Below are positions 12,273 through 26,141 of a DNA stretch of 64,000 nucleotides, piece by piece. Below the pieces are notes generated by a model that worked only from the letters and a program-made list of their open reading frames with translations, was not told the origin of the DNA and did no database searches. This DNA comes from Eledone cirrhosa (Eukaryota). Within the stretch, counting starts at the first letter, position 1; each line of letters opens with the position of its first letter. The stretch spans positions 99,448,001 to 99,512,000 of the forward strand of contig OZ024741.1 in NCBI GenBank assembly GCA_964016885.1, given 5' to 3'. A program made the translations under genes and the position numbers.

Positions 12273-13719
12273 TAAGTAACCAATGTAATTTTGCATAACG
12301 TTATTACGGCAGCATTTAAGAGAAATTTTTACTGCTACTTTCATCATGCTATGTGACCATGTAGAGGCTCTCTCGTTTGCCTTGTATTTCATTGTTGGGT
12401 TGTTTTTTTTACTGCAGTTACGTTTTCTTTTCCTTATTTTTTTCCCTTTATCTTCCTTTTCTTCTACTGATTCTCCTCCTACGCCTTATTATAATTCTTC
12501 GTCTTCATCGTCGTCGTCATCGTCTGTATTTTTATCGTCTCAAAAAGATATGAATGCGTCGAAATAACTGATGTTAAGTATGTGTATGTCTGTGTATGGG
12601 ATATATGTAACTACTGTATGTATGTGTGTGTAGGAGGGAAGTTAGACATATGGAAGAGGTTATTTTCTGAGGGAAGGGTGAAGGGGGCAGTTCCGTACGG
12701 ACACATTACTATGTTTGGGGGCGGCCTATAGATGTTGGGGTTGGGCTGGATATTCGTGGCGGATGAAGGTATTACTCTTGTGCATTTCCTTTTGCATGTA
12801 TGGGTTTAAATTTACTATTGCTGTTGTTGTTTACGCCTCTATCTGCTGTGGTTTGTGCACGATTCTGTAAAACACCAGATGCAAAAAGTTGTTAACAAGA
12901 GGCGGGGAGGAAAGTTGGGATTAGAAGGAGGTGAAGAAATGGGAGACAAGGGTGCGCAAACGTAGAAGACAGGATAGAGAGAAGAAGAGGGGAGGAGAAA
13001 TATGTGTGTGTGTTTATGCATGTGTGTATGTAATAGTTAGGAAAGAGGAAAGCTAGATAGATTTTAAAATTCAAGATGGATGGCTTACGAAAAATAAATT
13101 TAAAAAGGAGGGGGGAAATACCAAAGGAGAGAGAAAGATAGAGGAGGGGTGGTTCAGAAGAAAGAAACAAACAAGAAGAAGAAGAAGAAGAAGAACGGTA
13201 TAAATACGCGAGAAGGGATTGAGAAGAAAAAAAACGAAACAAAAATCAAAAGATGTCGAATAAAAACGAAGGAAATTGCTGTCTGTGAACTTAAAGGAGT
13301 ATATATTAAAATATAAAAATAAACGTGTGGTCGTCAGTGTATTGTCGTCTGCTATGTCACTGTAGTGGTTGTGTCCTTTTTGTCTTTGATTGACGTTCCT
13401 AACTTCGTCACCACCTTTCTTTCTAATCTTCTTAATAATAATATTATTGTTGTTGCTTGGTTTCTATTCATCCATTTATCTATCCTTCCACCCACCCGTC
13501 TATTCATCCAGAGCACATCCCTACATAACATCGTTATTTCGTTCGTCAGGCTCGAACTTATAAACCTTGTTCTCATCCATCATATATCTTGTTTAGTCCT
13601 GGAGAATTTCACTGGAAACAGATACCATGCCAGCGTTCTCCCTAACTACACACACCTTTCACTTTCATCCAGCTTGCTTCACTTTTCATGAGGAATGCAA
13701 GTACTGTATGTATATATGA

Positions 13720-13753
<34 letters not shown>

Positions 13754-13800
13754 TTATGAGTTTTTGCATGTGTGTGTATATATATATATGAGTTTATGCA

Positions 13801-13843
<43 letters not shown>

Positions 13844-13902
13844 GTGTATGTGTGTGGGGGGGGGGGGCTAGTTTATATATACATACACGCACACACACAC
13901 AC

Positions 13903-13947
<45 letters not shown>

Positions 13948-14345
13948 TTTCATGCCGTTAAGCTGTACAAATATATACACACATACACACAATAGTGTGC
14001 TCAGCGAGGTGGAAAATATTTCGCAAACAAAATCTGTCAAAATAGACCTGATTTGAAATTCAGTTGATTTACCAATCTCAGAATCTACGGTCCTTCCTTA
14101 TTTCGACCTTCTCATTCTTTAAAGAGAGCAGCTGTTGGAGACAAGATTGTTTTTTATCATCCGCTTTCGTGTTTTACTTCTTTTGGTCAAAGGAGGGGTG
14201 TCAACAAAACCATCTCTAATTTTCTTTTAATATTCTTTAATATTCTATGCCAAACGGAAAACAAAATATATTTCTAAAAAAAATGTAAAATGTATTTCTT
14301 TCTTAATATCTAATGCATTTTATTACATTTTACTTTTTGTTAGTG

Positions 14346-14391
<46 letters not shown>

Positions 14392-14436
14392 TTGTAACTA
14401 CCATTTATCTATTTATTTGTAACACACACGCGCGCG

Positions 14437-14527
<91 letters not shown>

Positions 14528-14734
14528 TTGTTATCCAAGGGAAAGGCATAGCTCGATACAGCCTGGCACCGGTGCTGTTGCAACTGGGGGGGGGGGGTCA
14601 GTTGAGTGGACTGAAGTAACGTGAAATAAAATGTCTTCCTCGAGTACACATTGTGCCAGAAATCACATTCACAATCTTACGATCGTGAGTCCAACACTTT
14701 AATCAGTAGGCCAGGTGCTTTCATGTTTTTCTCT

Positions 14735-14848
14735 GCTCACAACATATAGGTGTTCTAAGTAGTCAACTGTATAAGTTCTATGTTCAACATAGCTTAACTT
14801 CGGTGATCATACGAGAGCCGGTGTTTTCAACGCGATATGTCCGTAAAT
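14735..14848 (-). pseudogene. 5S rRNA pseudogene
   Basis: The minus strand reads TACGGACATATCGCGTTGAAAACACCGGCTCTCGTATGATCACCGAAGTTAAGC..., matching the 5' half of metazoan 5S rRNA. The 3' half is heavily decayed. Confidence 0.85.
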
Positions 14849-15779
14849 ATTTACAGAGTATATACGTATATATTTTAATAAGTATAACTTCTCTCTATTT
14901 ATAAGTGTTGTTTGTTAATACCATTCTTATGTATCTTTATATTTGAAAGCAATTCTATGTATGTATTTAAAAAGTTAAGGGCGGTGAATTAACAGTATCG
15001 ATAGAGCGTCGGGTAATATGCTTTGCTGCATATAGTTACTGCCCTTTACGTTCTAAATTCAAATCCCGCCTGTCATCCTTACGGGGTCGGTAAAATAAAG
15101 TACCAGTAATACACTGGCATCGAATTAATTGACTTTCCCCTTCCCCAAAATTGTTGGCATTGTGCCTAAATAAGAAACCATTATTAGAACAGGTAATTTT
15201 AAACATAGAATATTTGCTTTCATTCTTTCGGGGAAACTGAGATATCTTAAAACCTATGGAGGCTGATATGAACGTTTTAAGCACATACATAGATACACAT
15301 ACTGAATTTCTTTTCCTCCTGACTCGAATCTCAAGTAATTACAATCACCAGGCAAGAATTGTTTTCTTCATTTGTTATTCTAGCTCATTCTGTTTACAAT
15401 TGAATGGTTTTATACTTTATCTAATGTTTGTTATGTTGGTGTTTTTGCAGACAGATTTATATTTTCGTACCAAATGAAAGTGTGACAGCTAATTAAAAGT
15501 TTGCTTCCGTTCATTTACATTTGCGGCCCGCAAAATACTTTCTAATGGCTCGCTGCAAAACAATTTTTGTGACTAATATTTTCCTAAAACATGTTAATTT
15601 GTCCTTCGTACGTGTGTATGTAGGTGTATATATACGTGTATATGGGTTTTTAAAGAAAATTTCTCTCTCTACATTTTGTAGTAGTTCACATATCCCAATT
15701 ATTAATATATGCGATTCATTTTGATTAAAAAAAATAGCAACCTATCAAATGTATTGTAGATTAGTATCATAAATGGTGG

Positions 15780-16205
15780 AAATCACGGTCCCCGTATCTC
15801 CCTTTTGGTCCGTTATGCCTCTCTCTACCCCAGGACATAATGGTCCTTTTGAGTCTTTGAGTCTGAGATCCTTGCTTGACAGAGCTGGAAAATACGATGA
15901 AACTTTAAGCTGTCGGCCATTCTCCGATAGATTTATTGTCGAACCTGTAGCGGTGAAGTTTTCCAGTGTTCTTGGTCCCTGGAAAATATCCCCACTCACT
16001 ACTATCAGGGTGGAGTTGGCCACCCACAGGAGTTAGCCCCGTGAGTTGGAATGGCTGTTTCAACACGTCTCCCTTTCCATCATCCAGTGTAACGCTTTCT
16101 CCCTTCTATCCTCTGGGTCTACGAAGCAACCAGCACCTGGGGTTCTACACACCAGAGAGTACTCCCTCACACCACCCAGGCCCATATCATTGGGGTAGCG
16201 ATGTC
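15780..16205. repeat. GC-richer dispersed repeat (second copy of the 10760-11160 family)
   Basis: Inverted homology to 10760-11000. Confidence 0.5.
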
Positions 16206-16318
16206 TGAGCACACTTTGGGTATATACATGTTATACATTTAGTTTCAAATGTTCATGTAGTAAATGTGCATTTTAATGAAGTATAAAAAATAAATCAATA
16301 TTCTGTAATGATTTAGCA

Positions 16319-17471
16319 CAGAGGTTCTCAAACTTTTCAGGCCACCGGACCCCTTACAGCCACGTAATACCCTCAGCGCACCCACTCCCTATTTCCAGAG
16401 AGACCTGCCTACATGCAAATTGTAAATTATATATAATAAATAAAATATATACTATGTATAAATGAATATTATATTTTTTTATTTTGCAATATTTATATAA
16501 ATCTGTCATTTGATATGTAATATACTATTATATCATCTATATATAACATAAAAGAAACATGTTTATTGGTTGGATGGCTGGCTGGTTGGTTGGTTGGTTG
16601 GTTGGTTGGTTGGTTGGTTGGTTGGTTGGTTGGTTGGTTGGTTGGTTGGTTGGTTGGTTGAATCACGCGAAAACTACACACACACAAATATATACACACA
16701 CATCTAACGAGAGAGACACAGAAGGAGAGGCAGAAAGAGATAGGCCGTTATACAGAGAGAGATACAATTAAAGTGTTAGATATTCAAAGAGAGAGAGTAA
16801 CGTCCCACAAAAGTCTAGAAACGGCCTTAAACTATAGATCCTTTAATCCATAGGAGGGTTTAACAATATTGCGTTAGCTTTTATCAATTCGTTTTACAGT
16901 CTTTGATTTTACAGAACAAAGAAAAATTGATACTATTTGAAATTAATTCACCCTCCAGTTTTTATCCATATACTACTTACAGACCATACTAACGAAGCTA
17001 AACACTTCAAAAGCAATGTTATGCGGTATATTGCTGTGTTTCAGATGACGTCCTTTGGAACTGAAAAAGATCATACTGACTATGGTTATTTCACAACATT
17101 TAAAATCCAAGGACAATGCTAACATTTAATCGACAGTTTACTCCCCCAGCCTAATAAGGAAGTTTTATGATTGTTTTTTTTATGTCTCTCTCACACACAC
17201 ACTCACACACACATTATGGTCTCACCTCATACCAGACAACACATCCAATACAGTCGTTTTCTTTTTTATCTGTCTTCTCTTAATTGTTCTCCCGGGCGAA
17301 GCCGGGTACCTCAGCTAGTATATTATAAATAATAAATCCACTGCCAAAAAATAGACCTTTCTACATACGCAAATATATTCTTACTCAACTGCTATGCAGC
17401 CCCCACCGCCCTCTTAGGCCACATTGCTCCTCTGGAACTTCTCAACGATACTATCCACTTTGAGAACCTCT
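16319..17471. mobile_element. hAT MITE (6304 family) interrupted by a Helitron
   Basis: TIRs CAGAGGTTCTCAAA / TTTGAGAACCTCT. The interior is collinear with 6304-6659 on both sides of the 16536-17318 insertion. Confidence 0.8.
16536..17318 (+). mobile_element. Non-autonomous Helitron
   Basis: A|TCTATATATA 5' end, (TTGG)n near the 5' end, 3' hairpin CCCGG-GCGAAG-CCGGG then CTAG|T. Confidence 0.85.
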
Positions 17472-18403
17472 TAGCAGAAAATATCTAAGAACTGGCCTGT
17501 TAATTTAGATGTTTATAGTATATATTTACTTATGAAAATTTACAGTATAGAGTAAAGAATATCTTGCTAATGCCGTTTCATATAGCCTGGTACGTTAAGA
17601 TTTAATGAATAATATTGATTCCTGGCTATTTAACCTTTACTTTGATTATACCTAACTTATTCAATAAATATGTATGTAAAAGGTAAAAGGAAATAACAAA
17701 ACAAACGACCCAGTACATGGAAGAAATATATTAGTTTAATGCTTGAAATAGCAGGAAGAGAGTCCTAACGTTTCGGACCCTAGTCTTTCGCCAGAAGATA
17801 AATAGAAAGAAAAGAGTGACTAGGAAGGAACAAATAGCCCTTTGAAATATATGTGTGTGTACGTGCCTTCATAGACAGACAGACGGACAGGCAGGTAGTT
17901 AGTAAAGAAGTTGAATTATACGACAGACATGTTACTCAATATAAAGATTTATATTTTGATAATATTTTGGATCGGTTGATTGGTTGATCGATAACCACAC
18001 TGATTAGATAATTGGTTGATGTTCCTGACAGTAACGCACCAACAGATCGAATGCATGATCTGAATACAGATTAGTGTTTAAGACTACGTGGATGCATGTG
18101 TGAACATGTGTGTGTATCTGCAGAGTTCAGTTCGCTAGAGCATGCATTAAGAGAGTGTGAGCGTCGTTGTATGGTTGAGCGTATGTGTGTGTGTGTTAGG
18201 GGTAGTTATGTAAGTGTCAGCGTGTGGGGGGAAAGGGCGTGAAGGAATGAGCAAGATTATAAATATGAGTGCGGTTGTGTTTGCAAAAATCAGTGTGTAT
18301 GCATGAAAGTGCGTTCGTATACGATTTTCTATGCGAGGTTTAAATGTTCTTTCTTTCTGAAATAGTGTGTGTGATGGAGGGGGGAAAGGAGAGAGAGAGG
18401 GGG

Positions 18404-18458
<55 letters not shown>

Positions 18459-19327
18459 AGTTCATAAGTAATTTTGGCGTCCGAGGGAAAGAGTAAGACA
18501 TGAATAGAAGGAAAGCGGGTGATATGACAATGCGTATCTATAAGTGTGAAGAGGGAGAGAGTGCGAGAGAGAGGGGAAGAGAGAGAGTAATAGCGAGTGA
18601 GAGAGAGAAAAAGAGAGAGTAATAGTGAGTGCGAGAGAAATTGAAAGAGAGTGAGTGAATGTGTATGTGAGTGTGTGGTATGTCACGTGATAAATGCTCT
18701 TCAATCAACACAGGTCAGTTGAGATGGCAACAACTGAAATTGCATGTAGTAATGACTACATTTGAAGCGTTAAGAAGTAGGTGTCGCTATTTACATTGTC
18801 TCCTTCGTATGAAGCTTAATCCTAAGAAACCGTCCTCTCCTTCAGACATCACCCTGCCGGCTTTACAACTGGCTCGTTTCACTATTAAACTAGCCAACTA
18901 CGACTAATAACCAATACCCATTGTCTGCAATGCTCACCTAGACACACCATAGAGGCATCATTCGGCCTACGATGACATTCACTGAAGCGTAAAAACGTCG
19001 TCTGCGATTTGCTGCAAGTAGAAAATTGGATAAAACTCTATAAAAATCCAAACCAGAGACGTCTGTCTGACCGTCTGTCTGTCTCTGTGTGGTCCTGTGT
19101 CTTTCTTACATTCTTTTGGTGTCTTTCTTTTCTTTTCTTCTGTTTGGTAGGGTTTTCTTTCGTTTCTTCTTCTTCATTATCTTCCTGATCCTCATAAAAT
19201 CAGCATCATCAAATTTGTTTCTTTTTTTTTTTGTATTTCCCCTCTCTTTCTTTGTCTGAGATCCTTCACTTTTTCTCCCTCTCCTCTCTCTATCTCATAG
19301 AATCTTTCTCTCCCTCTGTATCTATTT

Positions 19328-19405
<78 letters not shown>

Positions 19406-19510
19406 CATACACACACGAATGATTTTTTTTTTTTTTCTAATTTTGTAGAATATAAAATAAGTATGGTTCTTTTCTACAGACGTATTTTCTTTCCGATCCC
19501 CTTCGGAAGA

Positions 19511-19619
<109 letters not shown>

Positions 19620-20983
19620 ATGTGTGTGTGTGTATATATGAGAGAGAGAGAGAGAGAGAGGTTAAATCATTGAAGTTGAAACAAATTCCGTAGCATTTCT
19701 CAGTGAACAATTTTTAAGAAATAACACGAAGATGCCAGGAAAATGTAGGTTGACGGTGGCAACGAATCAAAAAATTTATGAACAAAAATAATGACATAAG
19801 AGCCAGCCAATGTCACGCTGACTATCCCAGAGAAATTACGTTAAAGGTACACGTGTTGTTTGTGGAATGCTCAGTTACTTACATGTCAATTTCAAGAGGA
19901 GGCTGTTTCGTTGATTGAACAAGTGGAACACTCATCGTCGAAGACGACGGAAGCCCTTTCCATCGGAATGACGTTGTACTAGTGATTTTGCTAATTAGTT
20001 TCTTATTCATCATCATCATCATCATCATCGCTTAACGTCTATCTTCCACGTGAACATGGGTTAGACGGGAGTTGTCCCAATTTGAGGCAAGGTTGGTCGG
20101 GTGACCATGTCTCGCTCGTAAAGTACTATCTGGCAGGCTTTCTGCGGCTGGATGCCCTCCCTAACACCAACCACGTTTACAGTGTGGACTGGGAACTTTT
20201 TATCGTGTTACCTACACGACCACATTACAGCGTGGACTGTGTGTGTGTTTTTGTTGTGACACCTACACGATCTCGATCTCGATCTCATTATTTCATTTGT
20301 GGATTGGCAGTATCGGTAGAGAGTCGGACGTCATGCTTTGACGCATAGAGTTACGGCCCTTTTCATTCTGAGTTCAAATCCCGGCGAGGTCAACTTTGCC
20401 TTTCATCCTTACGGGGTCGATAAAATAAAGTACCAGTAATGTACTGGGTAATTGCTGGCCTTGTGCCAAAAGTAGAAACAATTATCTCATTTATTTGGAC
20501 TGGATGTTGTGGTACCAACTTTACAGAGAAATGATATCCATAACAATCTATATAGTGAACTAAGTAGCCTAATAAATAGAATTGCTTTGAAACCCACAAA
20601 ACTCAGTGTGCTCATAATCATCGTTGGTCATATACAGTCTAAACAGTCATAATCATTGTACTAACTTATACTCACTACAACTTTTTATTTAGTACATGTA
20701 GTCATCGGTGCACTTGAATCTGTAACATAAAACTTACAAGGTGAATTAGAAAGGCCGGGGCTCTCTAGGAAAACAGGTACAAAAGAATGATATACATTCT
20801 CTAAATCTAATCTAGGAGTAAAAGGAACACTGGAAGCATTCCATGAATTCTCTACATAAAGTTTGATCTTGAAGAATCTTATATGTATCAAAGAAAGTGT
20901 ATTGTATATGTGTGAAAGAATGTATCTTCATAACCAGGATACAAAAGTACAAAATCTCATACATGTATACATACATACACACA

Positions 20984-21076
<93 letters not shown>

Positions 21077-21307
21077 TATATATATATACACGCATTATAT
21101 TATATATATATATATACAATATATTAAAAAATGGAAACTATATTTATAAAACCATATTTATTTCATTATACATATTTCAAGGGCCACCAAAGCAAAATAT
21201 AGGTTAGTTTTATAAATAAATATTGACATACCCTGAAAAAATGCAACCATTTTATATTTTATATTTTATATTTTGCTTGTTGTATCCCAACAAATTAAAT
21301 ATAACCT

Positions 21308-21399
<92 letters not shown>

Positions 21400-21560
21400 T
21401 TATTTATTAAAATAACAGATTAAAGTTTAAGCAAAGAATCGCTGCTTTCACCATTAACGGGATCTTCTGAAACTAAAAAAGTCAATCTGTGAACGCAGAA
21501 GTAAATATTTCAAAAAACGTTGCAGCCGAAGGAAGACAGGAAGACGATACTTTGGTTCGT

Positions 21561-21835
21561 GGAAACGTTCCCTGGCAAAGAACGGGGGAAAAAAGGAGAT
21601 AATACGTCATTATTTGGTGTAGTGAAAAGAATTACACGCGAAGACAAAACCACGTTTAGGGTATAAATGAAGTCGTAGACTAATATTCTATTAGGTGGTT
21701 CATGGAGACGTTCTCTGGCAATGAACGGAAAAACGAGGATAATACGTCATTATGAGGAGCAATGAGAACAATACACGCAAAGACAAAACCACGTAAATGG
21801 TATAACTGAAGTCGTAGACTAAAATTCTATTTAGG
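21561..21835. repeat. ~145-bp tandem duplication at the Penelope 3' end
   Basis: GGA(A/G)ACGTTC.CTGGCAA...GATAATACGTCATTAT...AAGACAAAACCACGT...GAAGTCGTAGACTAA occurs twice. Confidence 0.85.
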
Positions 21836-22610
21836 AAACCGAATGATTCTCGGCTTCAGGGTTAAGAATAAAGTAAATAAAATATAGAGGTAATGGAAAC
21901 TAAATATATACATACACACATCCATATACGTACATACACAAGCATACGCGAAAACACTCCCCATGGGTATGCAAATACAAGCACGTACACAAAAAAAACA
22001 AAAAAAACACGCACATACAGAACCCACGCAACGCCTGTACCGCATACATACGAACGTATACACCAAATACGTATAAAAATAAATAAATAAAAACATATAT
22101 ATATATACACATGTGTGTGTGTGTGTGTGTGTGTGCGTGTTTACATAATTAAATAAACGTATATAAATATACACACATAAATACGTATACAACGCGTGCG
22201 CACACACACCCATATGTAAAACACATATGTTCGCGGACGTACGTCAACCAAAACACAAAGTACACATATACACACCCCTACGAACCCGCATACTCACACA
22301 GACGCAAAACTCACGTATACACATAACCAAATGCATATGTACCAGTATATATAATATATACGCCAATGACATATACAAGCAAATATACGTACGAGAAAAT
22401 ATACGTACCTTCGCAAAACATACAGGTAATATATACTTACCTATACGAATAAGTAATGGTATTAACATAACATATACTTAGCTACCACATCAAGACGTAA
22501 AATATCCGCGTATAGTTCGTACTATCCGTAAGGGTATAATGTGGGGCTGTAATACAGGAAAGTTTTGTGCAATTTATGTTTACAAGCCGAAATTGCTTCA
22601 GATTTTTTGT

Positions 22611-23126
22611 TTAAGATGTGGTCTTTGGTGTAGAGTATTTCCAGGGCCTCAGCGGCGCAGAGGTCACATGGTCTTTTATTTCCGTTATACGATCTAGCCT
22701 AGCTAGGATCTCCCAGTGTAACTTATATTGGGTGTGGTTGTCTTTTAGACTCCAGATATAAGCTGAAAGTGACGTCATATTCCTTCTTAAAGGGTTAAGA
22801 AAAGAATGTGTATGCATGTAAAGACGCTGCTTGAATCTATTGGCGGTTAACCCTATGTGGGCCCTACGGGACGTGGGTGTTTCAACCTTACATTTGTAGA
22901 CAATGTTACTAGAGAGGCATTTCCCGGATAGGGGGCAGTCAACCCGATTCCTACAATTACATTTAGTACTAGCTACAGGGTTGCACGTGTTCCTACGGCT
23001 AGGTAATTTAGCTAAATTTGAAGCTGTGATGTTATGTACAAGGTTAGGAGTCGTAGAGTAAGAAATTTTAATGGTATTTCTATTAAAAATTTTACTATAT
23101 TTATGTGCTGGGGGTAAATGCTTCAT
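22611..23126 (-). pseudogene. Penelope GIY-YIG endonuclease domain
   Basis: KISYSTTPNL, Cys cluster CNCRNRVDCPLSGKC, VYKC...HIGLT, TSLSAYIWSLKD...WEIL. Confidence 0.88.
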
Positions 23127-23223
23127 AATAAGGGAGAGAAAGATCTAAGCTAAAGGTATGGCCACCTCCATATTATATGGTGGGTTATACCATATAATAC
23201 GTCGGGATCTATCTTTCCTAGGT

Positions 23224-24260
23224 CTATTCTGTATAAGCTACCTTATCGACAAATCCACTCCGAGCAAGAGCTTCATTGTAATATGTGGAATGGTCGTTGA
23301 AAATATGCTCGTTTGTAGATAGACGGGAATGCCTCAAAGAAACGTTTCTTACCAGGTTCTTGGTTATGCTGGCAGGATGGTTAGAATGCTTACTTATGTA
23401 ATTAAGCGTATCATTCGGCTTTCTATACGGGTAGTGCAAGCCATTCGACAAATCGAGGGTAACGTCGAGGTAATTAACGACCGAGAGGTTGGCCTCAACC
23501 TGTATAGAGAGGTTGAAGCCTTTAAAGAAGGCTGTGAGTTCTTTTCTGAACCTGTCGCAAGCACGGGGGCCGCACTTTGTCATGGTCAAAAGACCGTCAT
23601 CACGGTACAAACCACCGCCCACGTTGGGGAATTCTTCCTTGATAGAGAAAAGAAGGAAAAGGCCGATAAGATCAGTAACCTCCGCAGAATCGCTGGCGCC
23701 CATACTCACGTCGAATGGGGTACTATTAGATTTTTTAATCCAAATAGAGTCGTCGAAATTAATCACCGACTTACGGGCATTGAGGATGACATCAACTTCG
23801 AAATCCTTAACCACTGTTAGTGTTTTAGCAAAATTGATAGCTCTAAGGAGAAGTGGTAACGTGATGGAGGAGTAGTAATTACTGATGTCGAATTGAATAA
23901 AACGGCAATGTTCCTTGTTGCATATGCCGTTGAACCAATCAATCACCGCGAAAGAATTGTTCCACAGTGCAAGAGGGGCTAAACTTCTAATTTCAGGTAT
24001 AATCCTATCTAAAATCCTTTTACTAAGTCTACCTATATCGGACTTCGTAGCGTTAATAAGCCGAATAGAGGGGTTGTTCGGGAAATTGGATTTGTGATCC
24101 TTCAGCGTAAAGTGGGGCGAAATAGGGTCCAGAGGTTCGGTACGGTCCAGGATGTTGAGATCAGAGGTGATATTAAACCCAGCATCGTTGATTTCATTAA
24201 TGACGCTCCAATTAGTTTTACGGTAATCCTTAGTTACAGCATTATGTAGCAGTTGAGGGT
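23224..24260 (-). pseudogene. Penelope reverse transcriptase domain
   Basis: Open frame from ~24260 through the track ORF 23224-23946, with the YRDD catalytic motif. Confidence 0.9.
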
Positions 24261-24410
24261 ACTATATATACATATATATATACATATATATATTAATAAG
24301 AGGAATTCCAACTTTGTCTGATTTACTCGTTTTATTTACAATCCTTTAAAATATATATAATGGTATTATAATGAAATAGTATGATAGAATATTAAATTCT
24401 AAGTGTTAAT

Positions 24411-24449
24411 TGAACAAGTACTTTCATGCTTTCGCAATCTTCAGGTTCA
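24411..24449 (-). ncRNA. Minimal hammerhead ribozyme motif (mirror copy)
   Basis: Exact reverse-strand copy of 24532-24570, produced by the palindrome. Confidence 0.8.
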
Positions 24450-24531
24450 TGATATGTGGTGACAGTCGAGTTTGCAATTTTCAATTGCCATGACAGTTGA
24501 AAATTGCAAACTCGACTGTCACCACATATCA

Positions 24532-24570
24532 TGAACCTGAAGATTGCGAAAGCATGAAAGTACTTGTTCA
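24532..24570 (+). ncRNA. Minimal hammerhead ribozyme motif
   Basis: TGAAC-CTGAAGA-tTGC gaaa GCAt-GAAA-GTAC-TT-GTTCA: 5-bp helix I, GNRA-capped helix II, palindromic GTAC in helix III. Confidence 0.8.
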
Positions 24571-24742
24571 ATTAACACTTAGAATTTAATATTCTATCAT
24601 ACTATTTCATTATAATACCATTATATATATTTTAAAGGATTGTAAATAAAACGAGTAAATCAGACAAAGTTGGAATTCCTCTTAATAATATAATCTTCTA
24701 TACACAATCATACACACCCGTGTATATTTACCTATCTATATC

Positions 24743-24863
<121 letters not shown>

Positions 24864-25189
24864 AGGCGCATGGCTTAGAGCATTGGGCTTGTAATCGAAA
24901 GGTTGTGAGTTCAATTCTCGGACCGGGTGATGTGTTGTTTCCTTGAGCAAGACACTTTATTTTATGTTGCTCCAGTTTACTCAGCTGTAGAAATGAGTTG
25001 TGACGTCACTGGAGCCAAAATGTATCGGCCATTGTCTTTCCCTTGGACCTCATCGGTGGCGTGGAGAGGGGAGACTGGTATGCATGGGCGACTATCGGTC
25101 TTCCACAAACAACCTTGCTTGGACTTGTGCCTCGGAGGAAAATTTTCTAGGTGCAAATCCCATGGTCATTCGTGACCGAAGGGGGTCTT

Positions 25190-25279
<90 letters not shown>

Positions 25280-25548
25280 TCATTATATATATATACATAT
25301 ATACATACATATATATACAGACGCATTATATATACATACATATATACACACACGCATTATATATACATATATACACACACACGAATTATGTATATATATA
25401 TATATATATATACACCCATTATGTATGTATATATACACATACACCCATTATGTATGTATGTATATATACACACACACCCATTGTATATATATATATATAT
25501 ACACACACACACCCATTGTATATATATATATATATATACACACACACC

Positions 25549-25653
<105 letters not shown>

Positions 25654-26087
25654 TAAGACTGGCACTCCGTCGATTACGACAACAAGTGTTCCAGTTGATA
25701 CGATCACCGAAACAGTCTGCTCGTCAAATATACGTATAAGTGGCTGAGCATTCTTCAGACACAGGTTCCCTTAACGTAATTCTCGGGGAGATTCAGTGAC
25801 ACAGAATGTGACAAGGCTTGTCATTCGAATTACAGATACAACTCATTTTTGCCAGCAACGTGAAATAATAAATCTTGCTCAGGGACACAACGCGCCGCCT
25901 GGTCCTGGAATCGAACTCCTGATCTTATGATAATAATAGGCCCGATGTGATAGATAAGAACAAACAAATGCCACATGAACCATAAATCGCTTTACTCTTA
26001 ACATCGCCTGATGACTAAATGTGGGTTTGTTAATTCAAATCTCTCTCATATAAATTAGAAAATTATCAAAGTTGTGTTCAAATCATT

Positions 26088-26141
26088 TAATAGCTGACAA
26101 TCGTTTCTTCCAAACTTTCGTTTGGAATCATCGGAGCATTA
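26088..26141 (-). ncRNA. Minimal hammerhead ribozyme motif (U4C variant)
   Basis: taatGCT-CCGATGA-TTCCAAAC gaaa GTTTGGAA-GAAA-CGATTG-TC-AGCtatta. Confidence 0.75.

Larger units (their letters stand above)
21422..24261 (-). mobile_element. Penelope-like retroelement (5'-truncated, decayed)
   Basis: RT: TLKDHK..NPSIRLIN, QFDISNYYSSI, MGASDSAE, LYRDDGL, NYLDVTLDL, PYRKPN. C-terminal CNCR..CPLSGKC followed by GIY-YIG endonuclease (IVYKC...HIGLT..RFKQR). In-frame stops near 23224 and 23147. The left (3' UTR) boundary is approximate. Confidence 0.92.
24291..24690. repeat. 400-bp near-perfect palindrome (200-bp arms, no loop)
   Basis: 24291-24490 is the reverse complement of 24491-24690, with only three differences found by eye. 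Confidence 0.97.

Noticed and set aside
21430-21475. CAGAAGA...GAAAGCAGC on the minus strand at the Penelope 3' end
   Set aside because: Core mutated, no UH triplet and no helix I; cannot be supported, although the position is suggestive.
23329-24097. Plus-strand ORFs over the Penelope RT (similar ones overlie the RTE and Tx1)
   Set aside because: Antisense shadows of the retroelement coding frames.
26003-26070. CTGATGA at ~26008 as a hammerhead core
   Set aside because: No compatible GAAA, helix III and helix I arrangement.
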